Assembly (NCBI GenBank): GCA_027491115.1
Contig: JAIXWV010000020.1
Location: forward strand, 229,975-293,974
From: Pseudomonadota bacterium
Lineage (GTDB): Bacteria; Bdellovibrionota; UBA1018; CAIMNF01
DNA length: 64,000 bases
Direction: 5' to 3'
The notes beneath the pieces were generated by a model that saw only the letters and a program-made list of their open reading frames with translations, did not search any database and was not told the origin of the DNA. Shown here piece by piece: positions 39,682 through 48,739 of this stretch (its first letter is position 1; the number at the start of each line of letters is the position of its first letter). The position numbers were made by a program, and so were the translations under genes.

Positions 39682-40482
39682 TCACTTGGCTGGTTTCTTC
39701 ACGCGATATACTCCCTTGTGCTCATTCGAATCAGCACGTCGACGAATCAGCTCGGCAATATCCGGATCGTGCTTTTGCGACTCCCTCGGAGCAAACAAAG
39801 CCCTCTCTCGAGGAGATGCCCCTTCCTGGGGAGCACAAAGGTAATAAACAGCAAGCGACTTCCTATAGATCCCAACGGGAAGCTCAACCGGACGACTCAT
39901 TCCATGCCAACTATTCTTGGTTGTATCGAAAATCACCGCCGTATTAAACGAGGGCGCATATTCCTCGATCAACTTCCCCGGGGAGTGGGTCTCTGCGTCA
40001 TTTTGCCAAAACCCCAGATGCCCCCCATGTTCTGGCCTAATTCCTGAAGACAGGTACACAATGATGTTCAACCTACGTTGTAACTTGAGCTTGGGATGGA
40101 TTGAATAGTCCAAATGAGGGTTTAGATTACCTCCTCTGCCGTGAATGTGCCATCCGCCTCCATGAAGTCCGGGGTCTGGAAAAAGCGGGGTTCCAACTTG
40201 TGAAGACAAGAGGTTCACGAATTCACTCGAGCATAATTCAGCCATCACCCTGTAAGTCAGAATAGGAAAATAAGCCCAATTGTTGAGTGCCTTCTTGTTT
40301 TCAATAGGATTCTCATAGGTAAACCAGCGAGAATCATCGTACTCTGGAAAATCATTCTCCAGCGACCTCGCAACCTGCTCAGGAAAAAAATCGGGAATAA
40401 CCCAATGGTCGAAAGGATCGCTCTTTTTCGAACAGGTCAACTTTCGATGTAGATTCGTGACGTCAAATAAAGCTGTATCCAT
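39682..40482 (-). CDS. 2OG-Fe(II) oxygenase
   Basis: PFDHWVI..F, DPGLHGGGWH, LNPHLD (HxD), RRLNIIVYL, SWHG, RKSLA. Confidence 0.88.
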   Translation of the reverse strand: MDTALFDVTNLHRKLTCSKKSDPFDHWVIPDFFPEQVARSLENDFPEYDDSRWFTYENPIENKKALNNWAYFPILTYRVMAELCSSEFVNLLSSQVGTPLFPDPGLHGGGWHIHGRGGNLNPHLDYSIHPKLKLQRRLNIIVYLSSGIRPEHGGHLGFWQNDAETHSPGKLIEEYAPSFNTAVIFDTTKNSWHGMSRPVELPVGIYRKSLAVYYLCAPQEGASPRERALFAPRESQKHDPDIAELIRRRADSNEHKGVYRVKKPAK

Positions 40483-40571
40483 CCGTAAGGATTATCCCTT
40501 GCCCGGAGAAAAAGAAAAGATGGTTCTTAGCACTGTTCGCGAAATCACTAAATAAAATGTAGAATCAGATC

Positions 40572-41240
40572 ATGAGACTTCTACTGGACCTCCTTGGCAA
40601 AACCCATCAACGTTTTGTTTTCCAACGCCGTTCCCAAGTATTAGCAAGAAATATTTCCGCACTGCTTGAGGAAGGGTCATCAGTCCTCGACGTGGGCTGC
40701 GGAAATGGGCAAATTGCAGCACTGATGATCCAAGAAAAACCAAGCCTCCGAGTGACCGGGGTTGACATCCATGCGCGCCCAAGTTGCGCCATTCCCTTTG
40801 CTCTTTATGATGGAACCACAATTCCCTATCCGGACAGGTATTTTGACGCCGTCATTCTAGTGGATGTGCTTCATCACACTCACAGACCTGCCGAGTTACT
40901 ACAAGAATGCGTGAGGGTTGCGAAATCCAATGTCATCATCAAGGATCACTACGCTGAGGGCTATTTCGACCATAAGGTCTTAGCGTTTATGGATTGGGTT
41001 GGGAATCGAGCTTGGAACGTAAAACTCACCTATCACTATCTATCCAGACGAGAGTGGATAGATCTATTTAAACGACTACAACTTAAAACCGAGAAGCTCT
41101 ATGAAAAAGGAATTGGACTCTATCCACTGTTGTTCAAGCCATTCTTCGAGAATGGTCTACACTTTATCGTCAAACTTAAACCACTCTCGACCGAGACAGT
41201 AAACCAATCGCAATCAAGACACTCGCAAGAAAGCACATGA
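40572..41240 (+). CDS. Class I SAM-dependent methyltransferase
   Basis: VLDVGCGNG, PYPD..FD, VLHH, E..RV. Confidence 0.9.
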   Translation: MRLLLDLLGKTHQRFVFQRRSQVLARNISALLEEGSSVLDVGCGNGQIAALMIQEKPSLRVTGVDIHARPSCAIPFALYDGTTIPYPDRYFDAVILVDVLHHTHRPAELLQECVRVAKSNVIIKDHYAEGYFDHKVLAFMDWVGNRAWNVKLTYHYLSRREWIDLFKRLQLKTEKLYEKGIGLYPLLFKPFFENGLHFIVKLKPLSTETVNQSQSRHSQEST

Positions 41241-42540
41241 ATGCAGGGAAATAATACCTAAATACACAGTCAGGGCCATCGACGATGAAAATCGAATAAT
41301 AGAGCAATCCTGCTACGCAAAACATAAGCGGTGAGTAGTCTTTTTTCCGTAGGACCGCCACTGACGAAAGAAATAGCGCAATCAGGATCATGATATAGGG
41401 GCGCCCAAGAAACCCGTAAAACCCATAGGTGTAGGCTTCCATGCGACCCCAGTAGTCCATTCGGACCGGATTAAAAACCATCTTGTATTCATCATTGATG
41501 GAGGGGGTGTTATTCATAATTTCACTAATCACCCCCTGATCCATTGGGGCCTGAATACCCAGAAAATTCCCAGCAAAGATTAAATTATTCTTAATCCAGA
41601 TCTTAGGCTCCTTGATAGCGAAATCAAAAAAACATCTTACCTGTTCAACGGTTGAGCCCTCTTTTTTTATGTTTTGATAGATCTCCTTGCACAAAACCGT
41701 TCTGTAACAGCGATCATCAAATATCCTCTCTTCGTTGTGAAATACCCCTTTGATGCTATTTCTGATGCAAGAGCTTTCCTTCTCCCGAAGAAAGGAAAGG
41801 TTCCTCATCAATACCCCATGAAACGCTGTATCCATAGGATACACATTAAAGTACCGAGTCCCCAAGATCGACGCAACCACACCCAGAGGCAAAAGTATGG
41901 CCACGCAAGACCTCAAAGTCAGCCTCGATCGAGACCGGTATAGGCTCACCGGGATGAAGAAAAGTAGCGGGAGGAGGCTGACAAAATTGTATCGAAAAAG
42001 CAGACTCAAAGCCAAAAGCCCAGAGGCAAGGTAGAGATAGAATAGCTTCTTCGTGCGAAGGAAATTTAAAGCAAATGCGGTCATAAACAGCAAAATGATC
42101 GCAGCCGGCGTATCCGCTGAGTGAAAAATTCCGTAATTAATCAGAAAAGGCGTGAGACAGACGAGCACACCAGAGATAACCGAGTACCAACCCAATGAAG
42201 TGAAAGAAATCAAAACATAAAAAATGCTCAGGTTAGTAAGAAAAGACTGAATCACTGCGTAAGTGGATGGGCCCACCCCTAACTTCAAACACATCAGCTT
42301 GAAGAACGTGTTGAACAAGGGCCATTGTGATGTGATGCCGAACTTACTTAGATCGGCATCAAAACCATCATTAAGTTGGTAGGCCCAACCCCATTGGGAA
42401 GCCGAATCCCAAAACAACCAGCCCGGAGAAAGTCTGACTCCATGATAAACTGAAGACGCCAAACTAAATAGGACTACGAAAGAGACCCATAGCTGCTTCT
42501 TGTTAAGAATATCCATTTCCCAACTCAGCCTTTCCTTCAA
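41176..42540 (-). CDS. Polytopic membrane protein, probable GT-C glycosyltransferase
   Basis: Many TM helices; early WDS motif, RYN, C-terminal FRY; AT-rich. Confidence 0.5.
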   Translation of the reverse strand: MKERLSWEMDILNKKQLWVSFVVLFSLASSVYHGVRLSPGWLFWDSASQWGWAYQLNDGFDADLSKFGITSQWPLFNTFFKLMCLKLGVGPSTYAVIQSFLTNLSIFYVLISFTSLGWYSVISGVLVCLTPFLINYGIFHSADTPAAIILLFMTAFALNFLRTKKLFYLYLASGLLALSLLFRYNFVSLLPLLFFIPVSLYRSRSRLTLRSCVAILLPLGVVASILGTRYFNVYPMDTAFHGVLMRNLSFLREKESSCIRNSIKGVFHNEERIFDDRCYRTVLCKEIYQNIKKEGSTVEQVRCFFDFAIKEPKIWIKNNLIFAGNFLGIQAPMDQGVISEIMNNTPSINDEYKMVFNPVRMDYWGRMEAYTYGFYGFLGRPYIMILIALFLSSVAVLRKKDYSPLMFCVAGLLYYSIFIVDGPDCVFRYYFPAFMCFLASVLIAIGLLSRSRVV

Positions 42541-42677
42541 AACTCGGCCGACGATAGTAAAGTATTCTTCTCGGCTCCCTTAGAGAATCCTTGAATTAAG
42601 TAGAATACCTGTCAAAAAAAAGTCTAAATCACAAAGACTCTGGTCAGCTTGACGGGTTCTTCGCTGGGCATTATCTT

Positions 42678-43448
42678 TTGAGCATGACAGGCCAGACCGA
42701 CCTCACCCATTCGTTAAAAAAACCGGTTGTGGCCATTATCATTCCATCGTTCAACGAAGGTCCTCGGCTACTGAGGACTCTCAGAACCCTGGTCTCCTAC
42801 ATAGAGGAGGCAAACCATCCCACGATCCGCGAAAGAGACTTCCACATCTTGGTCGTGGATGACGGTTCTCACCCCCTTACCGACACCAAGACATTACAAG
42901 AGTCTCGAGGTAGCCAGTGCCAGATTTTTCTACTGCGACACTGGGTGAATCTCGGACAAGGCGCTGCTCTTCAAACTGGGATCGAGTTCGCCCGAGAAAA
43001 AATTCATCCGGATCATTTTGTTACCATGGATGCTGATGGGCAACATTCACCATCCGATCTTCCACTACTTCTGGAAACCATCATCAAAACAGAAACTGAC
43101 ATTGTGTTCGGAAATCGTTTTATAGGTATCTCCAACACCCCCGCGCTCAGGCGAGCTGTTCTCGCAGCTGCTGGCTGGTTTGAATACTGGATGACAGGAC
43201 TGAAGCTCGGAGACGCTCACAACGGATACCGTATTTTCAACTCAAAGCTCGGTGATGCCATCAACCTGAAATATAATCGCATGGCCCACGCAACGGAGTT
43301 TAAGGAGTTTGTCGGAAAATACGGGTTCCGCTTTACGGAAGCAAAGGTCAGCATCCACTACTCCCAAGAGTCACTCGCAAAGGGTCAAAGCAACATAGGC
43401 GCATTCAGGATAATTAGAGACCTGATTGCGGGCCACATTTTTGACTAG
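42678..43448 (+). CDS. GT2 polyprenol-phosphate glycosyltransferase (DPM1-like)
   Basis: IIPSFNE, VVDDGS, NLGQGAALQTG, TMDADGQH, GNRF, DAHNGYR. Confidence 0.9.
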   Translation: MSMTGQTDLTHSLKKPVVAIIIPSFNEGPRLLRTLRTLVSYIEEANHPTIRERDFHILVVDDGSHPLTDTKTLQESRGSQCQIFLLRHWVNLGQGAALQTGIEFAREKIHPDHFVTMDADGQHSPSDLPLLLETIIKTETDIVFGNRFIGISNTPALRRAVLAAAGWFEYWMTGLKLGDAHNGYRIFNSKLGDAINLKYNRMAHATEFKEFVGKYGFRFTEAKVSIHYSQESLAKGQSNIGAFRIIRDLIAGHIFD

Positions 43449-43454
43449 GAGCTT

Positions 43455-43781
43455 ATGTACCGATACCACGTCGTCCTATTCCTGTTCATTATCGCTCTAC
43501 TTGTCTGGGATTGGATTTTTCTGGAAAAACCTTTCCGGCGAGTACTCGGCTGGCTCCTATTCTTTTTGACCTTGGTTACGGTAGGCTGTCTCAATTCCGG
43601 ACTGGTGGTGAGAGCGGAACGTCTTCTTCAGGCCCAGAGTCTGTCGGACCTATTCATTTATATTGTTTGTGTTCTTTTTACCCGTGAAGTGATCCTCAGC
43701 CGGGCTCGCAACAACAAGAAAAACGTTGAATTCACAAAAGTGGTCCGGGCCTTGGCGAAAGAGCGCGCTGAGAGACTTTGA
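43455..43781 (+). CDS. DUF2304-like small membrane protein
   Basis: Three TM helices, DLFIY, C-terminal T.VVR.LA; directly follows GT2. Confidence 0.65.
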   Translation: MYRYHVVLFLFIIALLVWDWIFLEKPFRRVLGWLLFFLTLVTVGCLNSGLVVRAERLLQAQSLSDLFIYIVCVLFTREVILSRARNNKKNVEFTKVVRALAKERAERL

Positions 43782-44586
43782 GCGCAAAATCCCGGTAGGT
43801 AGAAACGCGTACGCTCTGGTTCGTGAGGTTTTTAAGTCGACTTAGTGCGTCTCTCCTGTTCCAGTAGAGCAATAAATTGAGGAGTGGATTTCTATTTACC
43901 CCTCCATGCATGTAATACTCCTCGTCTGGGTCAAAGTCATACGGGTGGAAGTAGGTAGGAATCGCTTCCCCTGAAGCAATGGAACGACGGACAGCGCTGA
44001 ATAACATTCCACGCGGAAGCAGCCTAAAGTACACCCCTCCTACGGGTACGGACCAAGGTCCTAATTTTACAGGCCTCATTGGGATCTCTACCACTCCTGC
44101 CGCAATCCTGGGCTCCGGACCATATCCGGCCCAGCCATGAAGCGGGTTGGCTGCTGGTAGAATGGAGGAAGAGTATATGAACCCTGCTTTACCCAATTCC
44201 TCATGAGCCCAGTTGGATTCGGGTGTGAGGGAGAAAATGGGAGCTCGGTATCCGAGTATCGGAACTCCAAGTTGCTGCTCGAAATCTTTAGCAATCCAGA
44301 GATCCTTCCGGAACTCTTCCCGGGACATCTCATTCAATGGTCGATGGGAGTCTGAGTGCCAAGCGAGCTCATGTCCGGCGGCAATCACCTTAGCGATCAG
44401 TTCGGGGTGATTCCGCATGATGTTGCCGACAGTGAAGAAGGTACACTTGAGCGATAGGGGCTCAAGCAGAGAGAGGAACTTTTCCGTATTGAACACTACG
44501 CGCGAGGGATAGCGACACCCCCTCTCAGAGTCAAGACGAGGATCTTCCAGATCGAGACTCAATAGTAGTTCGCCATCGTTTCTCAA
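43732..44586 (-). CDS. Polysaccharide deacetylase (CE4, DUF3473-type)
   Basis: LSLDLED, TFFTVG, GHELAWHSDSH, GYRAP.FS, YSSS, YFHPYDFDP. Confidence 0.88.
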   Translation of the reverse strand: MRNDGELLLSLDLEDPRLDSERGCRYPSRVVFNTEKFLSLLEPLSLKCTFFTVGNIMRNHPELIAKVIAAGHELAWHSDSHRPLNEMSREEFRKDLWIAKDFEQQLGVPILGYRAPIFSLTPESNWAHEELGKAGFIYSSSILPAANPLHGWAGYGPEPRIAAGVVEIPMRPVKLGPWSVPVGGVYFRLLPRGMLFSAVRRSIASGEAIPTYFHPYDFDPDEEYYMHGGVNRNPLLNLLLYWNRRDALSRLKNLTNQSVRVSTYRDFALKVSQRALSPRPGPLL

Positions 44587-44587
44587 T

Positions 44588-46171
44588 CTATAACTCCCCT
44601 TTCTTCAATAGGTCGACAGCATGATGGCAAGCTCTGGCCGTGAGTGCCATGTAGGTGATGCTTGGATTCTGACAGGCACTTGATGCCATGCACGCTCCAT
44701 CAGTCACGAATAGGTTTGCCACCTCATGAGACTGATTCCACCCATTCAAAAACGAGTCTCTCTTGTCCCGCCCCATCCTAGCTCCGCCCATTTCATGGAT
44801 CGAGTGACCTGGAATGGCGGGCTCTTGAATGGGAATCACCTCTTCCGCTCCAGCGGCCTCAAGCATTTCTACGGCACTCGCCTGCATGTCCCCCCTCATG
44901 GCGTACTCATTTGCGCCGTATTCAAAATGAATTCGAACCAAAGGCATTCCGTAAGAGTCGCTCTGAGTCCTATCTAGCTCAATGAAATTCGATTGACTGG
45001 GCAGAGTCTCTCCAAACCCATGAAAATTCACTAGCCAGTCTCCCTCATTGTCAATCATCCCGGAACTGACTTGGTAGCCGAATCCGCGAAGGTAGTCTCG
45101 AGAAGGCTCCACGCCTAGGTTACGGAACCGTGGAACATACGAGCCCCAGGGAACTTCAGATTCCTGGTTCGAGATGTCACTGGGTAGTCTAATCCTTGCA
45201 TTGGCCCCAGACTTCCAATGATGGTCGACAAGATATCTCCCGAGAACTCCACTACTGTTACCGATCCCGGTTGGAAACTGCCGCGAAGTACTATTCAACA
45301 GAATCTGGTTGGTGGGAATAGTTGATGCGCACAAAAAAACAATTCGGGCCTGATACTCCGCCTCAGCCTTCGACGTAGCATCGATGACCCTCACCCCCGA
45401 GGCGCGCCCGCTTCGGTGATCCAGGAGCACAGAATGAACTATCGATCCGGTTTTTACAGCGAGTCTTCCGGTAGCCATCGCCTCGGGGAGCGCACCGTTA
45501 ATGCTAGAATAGTACACAACTCCATCGGAGTGAGTTTCACCACAAAACTGACAAGACCTCTTCCCATTTGAGCGTCCCTCGGCGATACGACTCGGAGTGA
45601 GCAGCCTAGTAAATTTACCCTGAAGAGTTTTCCGAAGATGCTCCTCCACAGCATTGAGAGACCTTGCCTTACCGAACTCACCGTCTGGAATCTGGGGGAC
45701 TCCTTCTTTCCTTCCAGTCAACCCAATCAGTCGCTCGACCTTCGAATACCAAGGGGCGAGATCCGTATAGCGAATGGGCCAGTCACAACCCGCACCGTCA
45801 ACAAGATTCGCATTGAAATCAAGATCACTCCACCTGTACGACTGCCCGGCCCAGGTGGCAGAACGCCCCCCGAGCTGATATCCACGAATCCACCAAAAAG
45901 GCGCATCTGGATCGCTCAGATAAGGATGCTCTCGATCATTCACAAAATAATGGGCCAGGTTAGGCCCTTCGAAAAGGTAACAGTTCCGCTGGATATGAAA
46001 ATCATCAAGGTCGATACTTGGAAATGACGATGCGGGTAGACTCGGACAAAGCCTAGGCGATCCCCTCTCAAGCAATAAGACCTCGAGCCCCGCTTGGGTC
46101 AGCTCTCTTGCCGCCAAAGACCCAGTTAATCCACTTCCTACCACTATCGCATCATAATGAGTCTTCATCAT
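44588..46171 (-). CDS. GMC family FAD oxidoreductase
   Basis: YDAIVVGSG..G, GGRS.TW, HEMGGARMG, NLFVTDGA, QNPSITYMALTAR. Confidence 0.92.
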   Translation of the reverse strand: MMKTHYDAIVVGSGLTGSLAARELTQAGLEVLLLERGSPRLCPSLPASSFPSIDLDDFHIQRNCYLFEGPNLAHYFVNDREHPYLSDPDAPFWWIRGYQLGGRSATWAGQSYRWSDLDFNANLVDGAGCDWPIRYTDLAPWYSKVERLIGLTGRKEGVPQIPDGEFGKARSLNAVEEHLRKTLQGKFTRLLTPSRIAEGRSNGKRSCQFCGETHSDGVVYYSSINGALPEAMATGRLAVKTGSIVHSVLLDHRSGRASGVRVIDATSKAEAEYQARIVFLCASTIPTNQILLNSTSRQFPTGIGNSSGVLGRYLVDHHWKSGANARIRLPSDISNQESEVPWGSYVPRFRNLGVEPSRDYLRGFGYQVSSGMIDNEGDWLVNFHGFGETLPSQSNFIELDRTQSDSYGMPLVRIHFEYGANEYAMRGDMQASAVEMLEAAGAEEVIPIQEPAIPGHSIHEMGGARMGRDKRDSFLNGWNQSHEVANLFVTDGACMASSACQNPSITYMALTARACHHAVDLLKKGEL

Positions 46172-47316
46172 TGATCTCCGTTCCGAGGTGAACCCACCGC
46201 AGCTGCATCCTGTTCCAGCCTTTTCTCAACTTCCGAAACAACCAAACTGACACCGAGCGGATTCCAGTGCGTGTCGTCTGATTGATGCAGAAACTGGCCC
46301 GTTCTTTCGAAGTGATCCTTGAAAGCACGAATCGTGTTCACATACTCGAACCGGAGTGACCCTCGCCTATTTCGGACTTTTTCAAGAAACTCCGGAAAAC
46401 GTTCTCCAAATCTCCCTGGGGCCTCACCCGAAAGCTTGGGATAAAGAATGTTCTTCCTAGGCATCAGACTCAAGTAGAGTCGGCTTCCGAGCTTTTGCAG
46501 CTCTCCGCCGAACCGATCCAGACTAAGAACAATTTCCTCAAGCTCCTCATCACTCCAACTATCCGGCTGCCTAAATGCAGATGCCTCGTCGAAAAGCTGG
46601 CGCGGCTGGGTGCCAAAGGGGTAGGTACCCATGAACTCATCGGGTGGAGTGAAAGACCTGAAAAGAGCGGAATGGAGCCCGTGAGACTCTCTAAAGTTCC
46701 AATATGGATTTTTTCTGATCCTCGAGTAGGCAGTCAACAGCCTCGGAAAAGGGATCACCGACTCGCTCCCGGGCTTGACATCCGCGGCCCTAAATCGATC
46801 CACAATCTGAGCAAGAGGAAGTGCTACATAGTCCCCAACCGAGATCAATATCCACTTAGGTCGATAGCCAAGATTGTAAGCATGCTCCACATCGAATCTG
46901 AAGTTAGATCCGGCAAAGGATCTGACGCATCTTCCTTTTGAAAGAAGTGCCGTCAACGTTTCATCCTGGGACAAGGATGCCCCAGCGGCGGTGCTGTCAC
47001 CGATCACAATACCCTCTGGCTCTTGACACGAGTCATTAGAGTTTCTGTAGCCATCTTGATCGGTCTCCCATCGGGTACGTTTTGGGACCGAATCCTCAGT
47101 ATATGGCCCTAGATCACCCATCTCTGTTGAGTCAAGCCGCTGGTTCGGAAAGAAGTTTCCGTTCCAGTAATCTCCGTGAACAACCAAAGCCTCCCATGCG
47201 CGGAAAGTGTACTGGTTGAGAGGAAGGCTCAGCTGCCAGACAAACCAAACCAATGCCGGCGTTGATACCAAAGCCAAACGCAGAACCAAAGTTATGAAGG
47301 ATTTTTGATTATTCAT
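46168..47316 (-). CDS. AlgJ/AlgX-like SGNH O-acyltransferase
   Basis: N-terminal TM, IGDS, DTHWNPLG; start reassigned to ATG 47316 just after the MBOAT stop. Confidence 0.8.
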   Translation of the reverse strand: MNNQKSFITLVLRLALVSTPALVWFVWQLSLPLNQYTFRAWEALVVHGDYWNGNFFPNQRLDSTEMGDLGPYTEDSVPKRTRWETDQDGYRNSNDSCQEPEGIVIGDSTAAGASLSQDETLTALLSKGRCVRSFAGSNFRFDVEHAYNLGYRPKWILISVGDYVALPLAQIVDRFRAADVKPGSESVIPFPRLLTAYSRIRKNPYWNFRESHGLHSALFRSFTPPDEFMGTYPFGTQPRQLFDEASAFRQPDSWSDEELEEIVLSLDRFGGELQKLGSRLYLSLMPRKNILYPKLSGEAPGRFGERFPEFLEKVRNRRGSLRFEYVNTIRAFKDHFERTGQFLHQSDDTHWNPLGVSLVVSEVEKRLEQDAAAVGSPRNGDQ

Positions 47317-47317
47317 A

Positions 47318-48721
47318 TCAGAACTGGAAGTAAATAAATTGTTCACCAGAAAAATGCGCTCCGAATAGGAACACAATCAAAATCAAAAAATAAAGTCCCC
47401 AACGCAATAATCCTGGAAGAGATCTCACCCTCTTCCAGAAGGGTTTCTTTTCGTCCCACCATTCGAAGAAATACATCGCAACTAGTAGAACCACGAACTC
47501 GTAAACCACGTCCCGTCTCAGAAGGTCAAATCCCATTAGGAACGGACGGAAAAAGCCCTTGAACATATCGGCTACACACTCCATGGTTTCTGAGCGGAAG
47601 AAGATCCAGGTGATCATCATCGCCAGGAAGACATAAACTCTTCCTAGCCACTTAGGCCAATTCTCACTCCGATACTTCGTTGGCACGAGGCCCTCGAGGA
47701 TAACATAGCCACCTTGAGTGGCCCCCCATAGAATAAATTGCCAACTCGGCCCGTGCCAGAATCCACTCAAAACGAAAGTAATCATGAGATTGAGCCGAGT
47801 CCTGAAAGCACCATGCTTACTTCCCCCCAGTGGGATATAGACATAGTCCCTAAACCATGAGGACAGAGAAATATGCCACCTCTTCCAAAACTCAGTCATC
47901 GAGGTTGCAAAAAAGGGCTTATCAAAATTCACCATGACCTCAATCCCGAGAATCTTTCCTGACCCTCGAGCGATATCGGAATATCCACTGAAGTCACCAT
48001 AACAACGTAGGGCCAGAGCGCTACACGCCAGAAAAATGACCAAACCCCCGAAGCGAGAAGGGGCTTCAAAGACACCATTAATGAGGAGCGCAACCCCATC
48101 AGAGAGAATGCACTTCTTAAATAGGCCCTGGGCGATCAGATAAAGTCCGGAGACCACCCGCTCATAGTCGAACTCGTTCTTCCGCCAAAGCTGAGGGATC
48201 ATATTTGCAGGCCGCTCGATCGGCCCTGCAACCAACTGTGGGAAGTACATGACGTAAACGGAGTAGACCAAAAGATTCTTTTCAGCAGTCCATTTTCCTC
48301 GATAAACATCGATGACATAAGATAAAGACTGAAAAGTGTGGAACGAGAGGCCAATAGGAAGAATGATTTCTAGTGCTTGGATAGAATAGTTCCAGTGGAG
48401 CGACTTAGCGAGTGCATTGATATTTTCGATCAAAAAATTTGAGTACTTGAAGAAAAACAGAATAGAAAGGTTCGACAGTACACTTAGGGCCAAATACCAT
48501 TTTTTCTTTTCTGTTGTGCCTGCGGCCTGAATCATTCGTCCCGCAAAATAGTCGATAAGAATGATCGCATAGAGAATCAGAAGATACTTTGGCATGAAAA
48601 AGCCGTAGAAGATCGAGCTCGAAACTAAGAGGAGCCAAAGGCGATTGCGCTGCCCGAGCATGAAGTAGGCCGCACAGACGAGAGGCATGAAAATCAGAAA
48701 TTCAAATGAATTGAATAGCAT
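47318..48721 (-). CDS. MBOAT family O-acyltransferase (AlgI/DltB-like)
   Basis: MLFNS..FL.F, LPIGLSFHTFQ, FPQLVAGPIER, DFSGYSD, FWKRWHISLS, SGFWHG. Confidence 0.95.
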   Translation of the reverse strand: MLFNSFEFLIFMPLVCAAYFMLGQRNRLWLLLVSSSIFYGFFMPKYLLILYAIILIDYFAGRMIQAAGTTEKKKWYLALSVLSNLSILFFFKYSNFLIENINALAKSLHWNYSIQALEIILPIGLSFHTFQSLSYVIDVYRGKWTAEKNLLVYSVYVMYFPQLVAGPIERPANMIPQLWRKNEFDYERVVSGLYLIAQGLFKKCILSDGVALLINGVFEAPSRFGGLVIFLACSALALRCYGDFSGYSDIARGSGKILGIEVMVNFDKPFFATSMTEFWKRWHISLSSWFRDYVYIPLGGSKHGAFRTRLNLMITFVLSGFWHGPSWQFILWGATQGGYVILEGLVPTKYRSENWPKWLGRVYVFLAMMITWIFFRSETMECVADMFKGFFRPFLMGFDLLRRDVVYEFVVLLVAMYFFEWWDEKKPFWKRVRSLPGLLRWGLYFLILIVFLFGAHFSGEQFIYFQF

Positions 48722-48739
48722 ACTTTCCCCTTGACCGCT

